Source: a virus
Length of the DNA: 31,591 nt
Direction: 5' to 3' (one strand)
IMG/VR virus record: IMGVR_UViG_3300032087_001284
Coordinates: 1-31,591 of that record
Positions 14,011-24,700 of the stretch are shown here, in pieces. Position 1 is the first letter of the stretch. Each line of letters opens with the position of its first letter. The notes below the pieces were generated by a model that saw only the letters and a list, made by a program, of their open reading frames with translations, did no database searches and was not told the origin of the DNA. Position numbers and translations under genes: made by a program.

Positions 14011-14441
14011 GTGTTAGAGAAGATATAGCGGCAAATCTAGTCACCACGCTGCAAGCAGTGACCACGCCGGTAACGATCAAATACGTTACGCGAGAGCCTT
14101 TTGATTTTGACAAGTTAAGCAACGCACAATTCCCTGCAATCTTAGTCAGAACGCAGAACGAAGACAGGCAGGATTCAAGTATAAAAGGCACACTGACGCA
14201 AAGATTTGCGACGGTTGACTATCAGCTCGTTTGCTATGTAAAAGCATCGGGCATAGACACGGCCAGAAATAACATCATCGAGGCAATCGAGGAGAAGTTA
14301 GACGTTGATAGAACGCGAGGTGGTTCTGCGATAGACACCCAGATCGTTAGTATAGAAACAGATGACGGTTCTATTGATCCAGTCGGCGGTGTTATTATAA
14401 CAGTACGGATTGAGTACCAATTCACCAGAGGCACAACTTAG
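14007..14441 (+). CDS. Tail completion / tail terminator-like protein (by position)
   Basis: GTGA overlap start. 144 aa, immediately upstream of the tail tube gene. Confidence 0.45.
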   Translation: MSVREDIAANLVTTLQAVTTPVTIKYVTREPFDFDKLSNAQFPAILVRTQNEDRQDSSIKGTLTQRFATVDYQLVCYVKASGIDTARNNIIEAIEEKLDVDRTRGGSAIDTQIVSIETDDGSIDPVGGVIITVRIEYQFTRGTT

Positions 14442-14452
14442 AGGGTTTAAAA

Positions 14453-14854
14453 ATGGCTACAACAAAAGGTTCAACAGGCGTTATCAAGCTCGCTGTGAGC
14501 GGCGGCTCTGTGGCTGCTATGGGTGAGGTTCGATCCTACACCTTAACGCAGTCAGCGGACACAATCGAAGATACCACTATGGGTGATTCCAATCGCACCT
14601 ACGTTTCATCTCTTAAAACCGGCACTTTATCTGCCGAGGTTTACTGGGATGATGCGGACGCAGTTCAATTAGTGATGGATGCTGCGGCTGCGGTTGACTT
14701 TGAGGTTTACCCGACAGGAGCGGGAACCGGCGAGAAGTATTACTCCGGCGGCGGCATTGTGACGAGTAACGAAATCACGGCATCTTTCGATGGCATGGTT
14801 GAGGGTTCGTTTGAGGTGCAAGTTTCGGGCGCAGTTACTGAAGCAACAGCATAG
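14453..14854 (+). CDS. Major tail (tube) protein
   Basis: 133 aa, GAGGG RBS, directly upstream of the chaperone pair and the tape measure. Pattern: GEVRSYTLTQSADTIEDTTMGDS...SLKTGTLSAEVYWD. Confidence 0.65.
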   Translation: MATTKGSTGVIKLAVSGGSVAAMGEVRSYTLTQSADTIEDTTMGDSNRTYVSSLKTGTLSAEVYWDDADAVQLVMDAAAAVDFEVYPTGAGTGEKYYSGGGIVTSNEITASFDGMVEGSFEVQVSGAVTEATA

Positions 14855-14863
14855 GGGTAGCAC

Positions 14864-15214
14864 ATGGGGTTAGCAAGGGAGCTACGCAGCAGACGCACAG
14901 TTACGCCACGAACGATAAGCGTTGACCAATGGGCTGACGAAGAGGGTCAGCCTTTTGTCATGTATTGTTTTCCGATCACATGCTACGACATTAACGAGCT
15001 TCAGAAAAAACATCCTAAGTTTTTGGAGAATACGACTGTCGCAGCAATGGTTGATTTGATTGTCATGAAGGCAGCAAGCGAGGATGGCGAAAAGCTATTT
15101 AAAGCTGCTGAGGATCGGATTGATCTGATGGGAGAAGAGACAGCAGTCATCTCTGGCATTGCTGAGCAAATGTTTGCCGAAATACAGTCTGCGGAGGATG
15201 CCGAAAAAAACTGA
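14864..15214 (+). CDS. Tail assembly chaperone (gpG-like, zero-frame product)
   Basis: Lies between the tail tube gene and the tape measure. Ends GAA AAA AAC TGA, which contains a canonical slippery heptamer. Confidence 0.75.
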   Translation: MGLARELRSRRTVTPRTISVDQWADEEGQPFVMYCFPITCYDINELQKKHPKFLENTTVAAMVDLIVMKAASEDGEKLFKAAEDRIDLMGEETAVISGIAEQMFAEIQSAEDAEKN

Positions 15215-15366
15215 TGTCCGATCCGCTAAGGATGAACCTTATATCCTTGGCTGATCGGTTGCATATGACCATAGAAGACGCTGAGCAGATGTCGCTCACT
15301 GAGGTAAACGAGTGGATGGCATATTTTAAGATTTTGAAGGATAAAGATGGCTATTCAAACAGTTAG
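14864..15366 (+). CDS. Tail assembly chaperone, -1 frameshift product (gpGT-like)
   Basis: After a -1 slip at A AAA AAC (15205-15211) the frame stays open to TAG 15364-15366. It encodes LMSDPLRMNLISLADRLHMTIEDAEQMSLTEVNEWMAYFKILKDK, a typical T-extension. Confidence 0.7.
15205..15211 (+). promoter_or_regulatory. Programmed -1 ribosomal frameshift slippery heptamer A_AAA_AAC
   Basis: X_XXY_YYZ heptamer in the correct phase, one codon before the zero-frame stop. Confidence 0.7.
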
Positions 15367-17029
15367 CATAGCTATACGAGCGCTTGATAAAACCAAAGCA
15401 GGCTTTGCTGGCGTTACGAGAGGACTTAAATCAGTATCTGGCGCTGTCTTTAGTATGCAGAACGCGCTGATTGGTACTGTTGGCGCAGCAGGTTTTGGGG
15501 CTTTAATCAAATCTTCAATTAACGCTGGTGATGAGTTGGCAAAAACTGCTGACAAACTAGGCGTTACCACCACCGCACTCGCAGGACTCAGACACGCAGC
15601 AGAGCTTACAGGCGTATCCACAGGAACGATGGATATGGCTCTTCAGAGGTTCACACGTAGAGCCGCAGAAGCCGCACAAGGCACTGGTGAAGCTAAGGGT
15701 GCCTTGCAAGAGCTAGGGATTAACGCCGACGATCTGGTTAAGCTACCACTAGACCAGCAAATGAGTGTGGTTGCTGACTCGATGGCTGGTGTTGAGAAGC
15801 AGTCTGATAAAGTGCGCTTGGCAATGAAGCTCTTTGACTCGGAAGGTGTCGCGCTTGTTAATACCTTGGGCGGTGGCTCTGCTGCGCTGGAGCAAATGAC
15901 CTCCGAGGCTGAGCAGTTAGGGATAACGCTTAGTCGGACAGATACAGCGCAGATGGAAGCGGCGAATGATTCGCTGACTCGTCTTAAAGCCGTATTTACA
16001 GGCCTGACCAATCAACTATCTTTAGCGTTCGCCCCGATCATCACGTTTGTCGCTGATGGTTTGAGGCAAGCTGCAATTGACTCTACAAGTTTTGGAAATA
16101 TAGGCCAAATGGTAGCCGGTGCTTTAGTTAAGGCGTTTGGCTTTGTTCGCAACATCGTGCATGGGCTGCAAATCGTTTTTCTGGGTGCAAAACTTGGCGT
16201 TTTAACTTTTGCCAACGCTATTGGCGATAAATTAATTCCTTTTCTTGATACGTTTATTGATATCTACAACAAAATTGCAGCGATTGTTCCCGGTTTATCT
16301 CAGATCACGCAAAGCGGCGAAGAAATAATGGGCAATCTGCCAACGTCCATTGCTGAAACCAAGGCAGAGATTGCTAGGTTAATGGAGCTAAATCCTGGCG
16401 ATGCTTTAGTTGCTGAGATGCAAAAGTTTATCCTGAAGAACAGAGAAGCAGCGGAATCGGTTGCCGAGTTAAAAGAAGGGATGCTCATTACAGTTCCAGC
16501 AGTAGAAACTGGTTTTCAAAAACTAGGCGACGCTCTTACGCGATTTGAGTCACAACTGCCAACATTAAAAGACAATTTAGATTCTCTAACTAAAAACACC
16601 TTTAAAAATATGTCTGATGGTTTAATGGGCATTGTCAAAGGTACTTCATCAGTAGGTGACGCTTTTAAGAAAATGGCAGCGCAGTTAATTATGCAAGCAG
16701 TTCAGCTATTTATAATTGACAAGATTACAGGCGGCTTCTTGTCGTTCGTTAAAGGCCTGACAGGTAAAGCTATCGGCGGCCCAGTGCAAGCTGGACAACC
16801 CTATATGGTTGGTGAGCGCGGTCCAGAGATGTTCGTGCCTAATCAATCAGGATCTATTGTTCCAAATGATAGGATGAGTGGAGGCGGCGGCATTACCGTG
16901 GTAAATAACGTAGACGCTTCTGGTGCTGGCTCAGACGTTGAGTTTAAGATTCGGGCAGCCATGCAGCAGACAACACAGCAAACTGTCGCCACGATTCAAG
17001 ACTTAATGCGTAGAAGGCGCTTCCCATGA
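15347..17029 (+). CDS. Tape measure protein
   Basis: 560 aa, A/G/L-rich, with the typical TMP N-terminal pattern (ELAKTADKLGVTTTALAGLRHAAELTGVS...ALQRFTRRAAEAAQGTGEAKGALQELGI). Located after the G/GT pair. Confidence 0.85.
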   Translation: MAIQTVSIAIRALDKTKAGFAGVTRGLKSVSGAVFSMQNALIGTVGAAGFGALIKSSINAGDELAKTADKLGVTTTALAGLRHAAELTGVSTGTMDMALQRFTRRAAEAAQGTGEAKGALQELGINADDLVKLPLDQQMSVVADSMAGVEKQSDKVRLAMKLFDSEGVALVNTLGGGSAALEQMTSEAEQLGITLSRTDTAQMEAANDSLTRLKAVFTGLTNQLSLAFAPIITFVADGLRQAAIDSTSFGNIGQMVAGALVKAFGFVRNIVHGLQIVFLGAKLGVLTFANAIGDKLIPFLDTFIDIYNKIAAIVPGLSQITQSGEEIMGNLPTSIAETKAEIARLMELNPGDALVAEMQKFILKNREAAESVAELKEGMLITVPAVETGFQKLGDALTRFESQLPTLKDNLDSLTKNTFKNMSDGLMGIVKGTSSVGDAFKKMAAQLIMQAVQLFIIDKITGGFLSFVKGLTGKAIGGPVQAGQPYMVGERGPEMFVPNQSGSIVPNDRMSGGGGITVVNNVDASGAGSDVEFKIRAAMQQTTQQTVATIQDLMRRRRFP

Positions 17030-17637
17030 CCACCTATTCTTTCAGCACACAAGTTGGCCTAACACCGTCAAGCCAGACGTTTGAGCTGGTTCAAAATACC
17101 CGAGTATTTCGGTCAAGTTTAACCAATGCTGTACAGACATCAGGGCGAAAAGGCGCGTTTTGGAAAACGACAGCAACCTTTTCTAATCTGCAAGACGGGG
17201 ATAAGGGCAAGGTGCAAGGTTTTCTAGCCAAGCTAAACGGCCAAGAGCATCGGTTTGAGTTTGGTGATTATGGCTATGACAGACAAGGCACTGCACCATC
17301 TGGCGACAGTTTAGTAGTTAATGGCGATAATCAATTAGGCTCTACACTGAACGCAGACGGCGCAACAGCAAGCAAATCAGGATACCTCAAAGCAGGAGAT
17401 TATATTGAGGTAAATAACTGTTTGCATATTGTTACTGCTGACTGTAACTCAAACGGCAGCGGAGAGGTTGCAATTACAATAGCTCCTCCTCTGCGATCAA
17501 GCCCGACAAATAATGCAGCGATAGAGTTTCTATCGCCTAAGTCGGTGATGATGCTCGTATCTGAGCCTAAATGGACAACCCAGCCTGGTCTAATTGCATC
17601 TTTTACCATTGACGCAGTTGAGGATGTTCTTGCATGA
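17026..17637 (+). CDS. Minor tail / distal tail protein
   Basis: ATGA overlap with the TMP gene. First gene of a four-gene tail-tip block arranged like GTA g12-g15. Confidence 0.55.
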   Translation: MTTYSFSTQVGLTPSSQTFELVQNTRVFRSSLTNAVQTSGRKGAFWKTTATFSNLQDGDKGKVQGFLAKLNGQEHRFEFGDYGYDRQGTAPSGDSLVVNGDNQLGSTLNADGATASKSGYLKAGDYIEVNNCLHIVTADCNSNGSGEVAITIAPPLRSSPTNNAAIEFLSPKSVMMLVSEPKWTTQPGLIASFTIDAVEDVLA

Positions 17638-18329
17638 GCAGAGATCTAGCAGCAAATACAGCCGCTCAATATGCGGCCTCCCATGTCAACCCGATCATGT
17701 TCGTTAAACTAGAATTTGATACTGCTGCACCAAATTCCACCGGCACAATCCGATTACACAACGGGTTAGGAACCTATAACTGGGACGCAAATGACGGCGC
17801 TGGTATTAGGGCATGGCAGGGGACGGGCGATCTAGGGCAAATCAGCGCAATCGAAGAAGGCGACGAAATAAGCCCATACAGTATTCAATTAACGCTCAGC
17901 GGGATAGATACTAGCATCGCAGCAGAAGCCGCCAGAGAGACGTACTATCAAAGGCCAGTTACCCTATACGTCGGCGCTTTAAACGCTTTAGATCAGCTCG
18001 TAGCGACCCCTACCGTCATCTGGACTGGGTTCATAGACACAATGGACGCTGTGCTCGGTGGTGATAACGGTGACTCGATTGTATTAACTGCTGAGTCAGA
18101 GCTGGCAATGTTTGATAGATCTAGCAATTACCTTTACACCAACGCGCAGCAGCAGCACGACTCCCCAATTGGGCCAGATTCAAACAACCCACAGCCCGAC
18201 ACGTTTTTCACGCATTTGCAAGAAATGGAAGATCTGACGTTGGACTGGGGGAAGCGAAAAGCAGGGAGCGGAAGTGGAATCAAGATTATTGAAGAAGACG
18301 AAAACGAATTCGATCAAGTCACCTTCTAG
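17634..18329 (+). CDS. Minor tail / tail-tip hub protein
   Basis: ATGA overlap with the upstream gene. Second gene of the tail-tip block. Confidence 0.55.
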   Translation: MSRDLAANTAAQYAASHVNPIMFVKLEFDTAAPNSTGTIRLHNGLGTYNWDANDGAGIRAWQGTGDLGQISAIEEGDEISPYSIQLTLSGIDTSIAAEAARETYYQRPVTLYVGALNALDQLVATPTVIWTGFIDTMDAVLGGDNGDSIVLTAESELAMFDRSSNYLYTNAQQQHDSPIGPDSNNPQPDTFFTHLQEMEDLTLDWGKRKAGSGSGIKIIEEDENEFDQVTF

Positions 18330-18714
18330 GTCATTCCTTCTTCAAAAAGCCCTAAATGAATGGGGCCGCAATAATTTTGAGTACGGATCTGTGGATTGCT
18401 GCCAGTTCACGGCTTTTATTGTTTACAAAATCACCGGCAAAAATTATGCAGACGGGCTAGAATACGAAAGTGAGCTAGGTGCGGACGCTTTGATCGCAAA
18501 GTATGGGGATTTAGTTGGAGTGCTAACGCGTGCTATCGGAGAGCCGCCAAATCAGGCAGAATCAGATGGAGACCCTTGCGTTGTAGATGTCGATGGTATC
18601 GGTCAAGTCGCAGGGATAAAATACGGCGAAACGGTGATCTGTTTATTGCAAAAAGGTTTTATTCGTTTGCCAGATAATTTAATCATTGCAGGTTGGCACT
18701 TATGGCACAAATAA
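18274..18714 (+). CDS. Tail-associated NlpC/P60-like peptidase candidate (GTA g14 / lambda K position)
   Basis: About 146 aa with GSVDCCQFTAFIVYKITG, which may contain a catalytic Cys. The position matches the small cell-wall peptidase of GTA-like tail modules. The start is uncertain (GTG 18274 overlaps the upstream gene by 56 nt). Confidence 0.4.
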   Translation: MESRLLKKTKTNSIKSPSRSFLLQKALNEWGRNNFEYGSVDCCQFTAFIVYKITGKNYADGLEYESELGADALIAKYGDLVGVLTRAIGEPPNQAESDGDPCVVDVDGIGQVAGIKYGETVICLLQKGFIRLPDNLIIAGWHLWHK

Positions 18715-21700
18715 TCCCATTTCTTAAAGCAGTAGGCGCATTTGTAACCGCAGGGGCCGCAGCGGGGACGACTGCTGCTGTAATCGGGGCCACTGTTGTT
18801 ATCGGCGCAACTGTTGCCGCGTCTCGCGCCCTAAAGCCCAAAATAAATTTCAGCATTGACGACAACGATCGAACGCGACAGCAAACGGTGCGTTCCACGA
18901 TTGAGCCTCGTAAGTTAGTTTACGGTGAGACAATGGTCAGTGGGCCGCTAACGTATGCAAAGGTTACGGGCACAAATAACGAAGACCTGCACCAAGTCGT
19001 TGCTTTAGCTGGGCATGAATTAACAGCTATTAAAACAGTTTTTTTTGACGACAAATCTATAGATTTAACTCAGGCTCTGACTTATAACAGCTCGACTAAG
19101 GAGGTCATCAGCGGTTTTTTTGGCCCTAAAAATGATGAAGACGGCAACAGCGAAAACATCGTTTACATAGACACAAGGTTAGGAACCTCTAGCCAAACAG
19201 CTTTCTCAGCACTACGGTCTAATTCTGAAACCAGCAGCGAATATCTAGCAACGCATAGAGGAGACAACGTAGCTTCTATTTATACTCGCTGGCGCATAAA
19301 CGAAGGATCAGCAGAGGTATGGGACGAGGTTGGTAATGTCCAAAATATCAAGTGCGTGGTTCAAGGCAAAAAGGTCTATGACCCACGGTTAGATGTACAT
19401 GCTGGCAATGATGCAGGAGATAACCCTACGACTGCGGCCTATATCGTTTATAACGACGGAACGCTAACGACAGGATCAGCACAGGGGAATTACAACCGAG
19501 GCAATCAGGGCGAGAACCCAGCCTTGCAGCTTGCTGATTTCTTGATGAACTCTGATTTTGGTTTAGGTATACCAGCGAGCAAGATTGACTGGCCTGCGGT
19601 AGTAACAGCGTCTGATCTTTGTGACCAGTTGGTCCCTATTCCAAGCAGTGCTGTACAGAAAAGATTCTTTGGTTCTGGCGTGATTTTTGGGGCCGACACC
19701 TATAGCGCGTCTATCTCTAAGATCCTTTCAGCAATGAATGGCAGCCTGATTTATAGCCAAGGCAAGTACATCATGGCGGCTGGCAAGTATGTTAGCCCTA
19801 GCGAAACTTTAACAGAAGACGATTTGGTTGGTCCTGTTCAAATTAAAACCGCAATCCCAAGATCAGATCGAGTCAACACTATCAAGGGTCTATTCATAGA
19901 TCCCAATGAAAACTACAAGATGATGGAGTTCGGCCCTGTAACTGTTGGGGCCAATGACTTTAACAATCAGACCAAAGGCGCGGTTGCAAGAGACAACGGC
20001 GAAGTGTTGACTGAAGAAGTCAAATTACCGTTTACCGATAACCGATATGCGGCACAACGAATTGCGCTGATGCAAGTTGCGCAGTCTTATCATCAAACTA
20101 TTGTCACTGTTCCCGTAAATCTAAAAGCAATGCGTATTGCGATTAATGATCGCGTCAACCTTACCCTTAGCGATTTTAACGCGGTTGATAGTGGTAACTG
20201 GGCACCCAAGGTTTTCAAATGTATTGGATGGCGGTTTGCCGAAGATGGTCAAGGAATTAACCTCACATTAATTGAGGACGACAGCAATAACTATAACGAC
20301 CCAGCGGCAGGTGATTATTCGACTATTACTGCCGAAGGTGTTATCAGCACAGCCTTGCCAAACGTTCCAAGTCCATCACAATTGACGCTGACTTCTGCAA
20401 TTAACAGCATCGAGCTGAATTGGAAAAACCCGCCTAACACAAGTGCATGGGAACAGATTTACATTTACCGCAACACTACCGGAACATTGCCAACCGACAG
20501 TGATACACCTATCGCCAGGCTAAGAGCAAGCAGCTATATAGATCAGAGAGCAGCCGCAGGATCAGACGGCGTTGCTATTGAATACTACTATTGGATTCAA
20601 GCGGTCAGATATCCGCAAGGGTCAACGCCAGCAAGTGGAAACACAAACAAAGCCAAGTCACCAATGGTTGCGGCTGGCACACCTGCAAGCGGGAAGATAG
20701 CAGCGACTAAGATTGGCTTTGGAGTCATGGGCGCGGATAGTGTTGGCTCAACGCAGGTTATAGACGGCAACATTGGATCAGACCAGATTGCAACAACCTT
20801 ACAGTCTACTAATTACGACGCACAACAAGAAACGGGTTGGCAAATCAACAAGTCTGGAACTGCGTTTTTCCAAGAAGCCACCATCAAAGGCGGCATTACA
20901 GCCAACAGCGGTACGATTGGTGGGCTAACAATTGGGTCAGATAAATTATACGTTGGAACTGGCACGTTCAATAATTCGAATACCGCTTTCTACGTGGATG
21001 ATCAAGGTCAACTAAGCCTCAAAGATAAGCTCTCTTGGGACGGTACTGATCTAACAATTTCTGGATCGGTCACAGCAACCTCTGGAACATTCACCGGCAC
21101 TGTAAACGCATCCGCTGGAGCATTTACTGGCGACGTTTCAACTGATTCAAAGTTTATCGCTGGATCTGGCGATGCAACAACAGTCATTGATGGAGGAGCT
21201 TCTGCAACATATAGGATATTTAGCGGAGCTGCGCAAGCGGAAAGTGAAAATGCGCCATTCCAAGTTAAGCCTGATGGTTCTGTTTTTGCCAAAAATATTA
21301 CAGTCTTTGATGCCTCTGGAAACATCCTACTTAATCAAGACGGGCTAGGCGCTGCTGCGCTGGCTGGGATATCGCTTACTTCAGGAACGGCAGTCGATAA
21401 GGTAAGTGGTGTTTTGTCAGGCGATGGCGGCGAAATGACGCTGACGCTAGATCAAACTGCAACGGTAACGCTTGAAACCAAGTTTGCTATATACGACAAC
21501 TCAGTCGGCACGTTGTATCTACGAGGAACTGGCGCAACATCATCCGCAGCGTTGTCAGACATTACGAACGCAACCCTGAATATTGTCTATAGTCTACAAA
21601 CTGATGGTGGCTCATATAGCACCGCAGCAACCAAGCCGATCACTTTTACTAGCACTGATTCGACCCCAAGCTCCACTGAGGTTTACGTAACGGCTATCCA

Positions 21701-24700
21701 AGTCGGTGGATCTTACTTAACGATTTTGATGGATGCTGGCGGCGCGTTGGAGTACATCGCAAATACAGCGACATACGGCGCAACCGCTTACGTTGTAACA
21801 AGCCACACTTTCACAAACCTACCGGCTGGCGTTCACAAAATTAAATTGTCATCTACCATTACGGGATCGGGATCACCTGATGCTGCTGGTCAGTCAACAT
21901 CAAATCGTTTATACGAATTAACATCATCAGCAATTAACTTTGTCGAAAGTGCTGTAAATGTTTTTGCTAATGGTACGCCTTCTGTGCCTACCGGCGGCGG
22001 CACTGTTTCTGGGAATCTAGTTGTGACTGGAAACTTAACGGTGAACGGGACGACCACCACCGTAGACACTGATAACCTGACGGTGAAAGACAACAACATT
22101 ACCCTAAACTATTCCACGGGTGACAGCTCATCAACCGCCAATAACGCGGGGATCACGATTCAAGATGCGGTGAGCGCAAGCACAGATGCTTCTATTCTCT
22201 GGAAGACGGCGAGCGATTCTTTTTTATTCAGTCACAAAATAAGAGTCCCTGATTTAGAGATTGATGGTCAAACTTTAACAAGCTCTGACGATCTTAATTC
22301 TTTGAATGATGGCTTTTATAAGTGGGGATCTAGTCAACCAACCAACGCGCCCACCTCATATATGGTCATGTATCAAATGACCGACCCAAATCAGAAAATT
22401 CAAATTGCTTGGGGAAGTTCTGGAAGCGGGAAAGTATACGTTCGTCGCGCAGATAGCGGGACTTTTTACACATGGACGGAAATGCTCACTACCGCATCTG
22501 CCAGTAGCACATACTTGCCGCTTGCTGGGGGAACGCTGACCGGCGCACTTACTGTAAACAAGAATGGAGATGCTCTTAATCTTAGGTCTACTACAAACGC
22601 CCAACCAGTACGGATAACCTTCAGCTCAGACGTTCCTGCCGTTCAAATTGGTTTTATTGAATATGTTCATTCAGATTCGGCTTCATACGGATCTGGTGAA
22701 GCGTTAATTTTAGGTGGCAACCAAACAACCACAACCATTCTCGCGGATGGTAAGTTAATGTTTAACGAGGGTATCTATAGCAAACCAGCGAGCGGTACTG
22801 GTGCTGGTACAAGAAAAGATGCCAATTGGGATTCTGCTTATACCTACTCGCAAGTCGGTCATTTACCTCTAGCGGGTGGTACGCTGACGGGCAATTTACA
22901 AACATTGGCAGGTTCCGCATCATCAGTTCCTTTGCGAATAGGAGACACAGATAGCGGGTTTTTTGATTCTGGACAAAATGCGATAGGGATCGCTTTGGGT
23001 GGAGTTTTAGAATATGACTTTCAACCAACTCAGCTAGATTTAAACGGCAATAATATTATTGATGCTGGAAATATCACGTTAGCCAATGAAAGTGATATCC
23101 AGTTGTATACCACTAGCGGGGATACCGGAACCGGAAGTCTGCACCTACCAAGAGACGGTCAAATAACATTCTATGGCAATAATAACAACGACCATTCTAT
23201 TGCATCAAGAAACTCGGCAGGAACGACTTCTGACGATATACGAATTAGCAGCTATGGCGCAATCATTTTTGATCTGGATTCAAACTCAAATAACTCCAGT
23301 GGCGCAGATTTTATTATTGGTCGTCATGGTGGTGGAAATAACCAGATCGACACGCTTCTAACAGTCAGCGGAGAAACCGGAGTAATAGATGCGAACGGTG
23401 CGGATTTTAGTGGAGACATAACTGTAATTGGATCAATCACCAGCACTGCGTCGAACGAACCAAACGCCCAACAAATAACGGTCAGTGACACAGACCCGCT
23501 AACCAGTCGGAACGGGTTGTTTATTGACCATAACGTGACTGGCAACACAGCCTTAACGACCGATATCACGAAAATGGGCATTTTTGTTGATATGGATGTT
23601 TCGTCTGTTGGTGGCGATACAAGCAACGAGCTAAGGGCTTATGGAATTTACACAGACGTTCGGGGTGTTGGTGATACTGATCTAAGATACGGCCTTTACT
23701 CTTACGCTGAGACGCAACATGATTCTGGCACTGTGACGGAAAACATTGGGGTTTATGGATTTGCGGTTTCCGATGAGACGGGAAGTGGTCACACCACTAA
23801 CAATATTGGCGGCAGATTTTTTGCTTACGGTTACGGCAGTGGGACAGGCGGCACAACTCATCAATATGCTAGTTTCAATAAAGTATTACTTTCAACCACA
23901 AACGATAAAGACACTGCAACAGCGACAGGCGTGTATGCTGAAATTGAGGTTGATAACCCCGGTCAAGCGCAAACTCTGACTACGGCTTACGTTGTGAGAG
24001 CAGAGTTTGACAACGATTCTGCGGACAATGTAACGATAAACACTGGCTACTTGTACTACGGTAACTACGCAGGCACACAGCCATCAAATGCGTATGGCGT
24101 TTACATAGCAGATGCGGTTCCCAACCACTTTAGCGGTTATATCACCACTGGGGATGGCTCAACGACAGCAGCTTCGTATGGTTTTATTTCCGATGTGAAT
24201 ACTGGGATGTACTCCCCAGCGAATCACGAAGTGGCTTTATTAGCAAACGGTACTCAGCGTTTAAAGGTAAACACTAGCGGGGTAGTAATAACAGGCACAT
24301 TATCCGCAACCGGCGATCTGACTGCCAGCGGTAATACTGTCACGATGACAGCCACTCCGGCGAGAGTTAAATATAGGGTTTGGAGCAATGCCACCTATGG
24401 AATAGGGATGGAATCTGGTTATACCTTTGGCCCAATAAATAACGATTACGTCATGAGCTTCCAGATGAACAACGATAATGATCGTGGGTTCTGGTGGGGC
24501 GATGATAATCATACAAATGCTCAAGGTGCAATGGCGTTATCAACTGATGGCTATTTGACCGTTGCTACAGGGATGCGGATCGGATACGGAGTGTCTGACA
24601 CCACAAAACCGAGTGCTGGCTTGCAAGTGTCTGGCAATATCGACGGCACTTATATTCGTGGCGACAGGCTTTATGCGAATAGTGATGGATCTACTGGGTA

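Noticed and set aside
15355-16488. Several 60-120 codon minus-strand ORFs inside the tape-measure gene
   Set aside because: These are typical antisense open frames of an A/G-rich gene, with Ala/Ser/Pro-rich translations. There are no starts with an RBS, and they are incompatible with the unidirectional late operon.
19505-24524. Scattered alternative-frame and antisense ORFs inside the giant fibre gene (for example 21008..21325, 22762..23028, 23173..23361, 23324..23626, 23746..23979)
   Set aside because: All are short, embedded in a continuous 2,292-codon frame with clear fibre motifs, and lack RBS or recognisable sequence. Unlike the methyltransferase case, none of their translations resembles a known protein.
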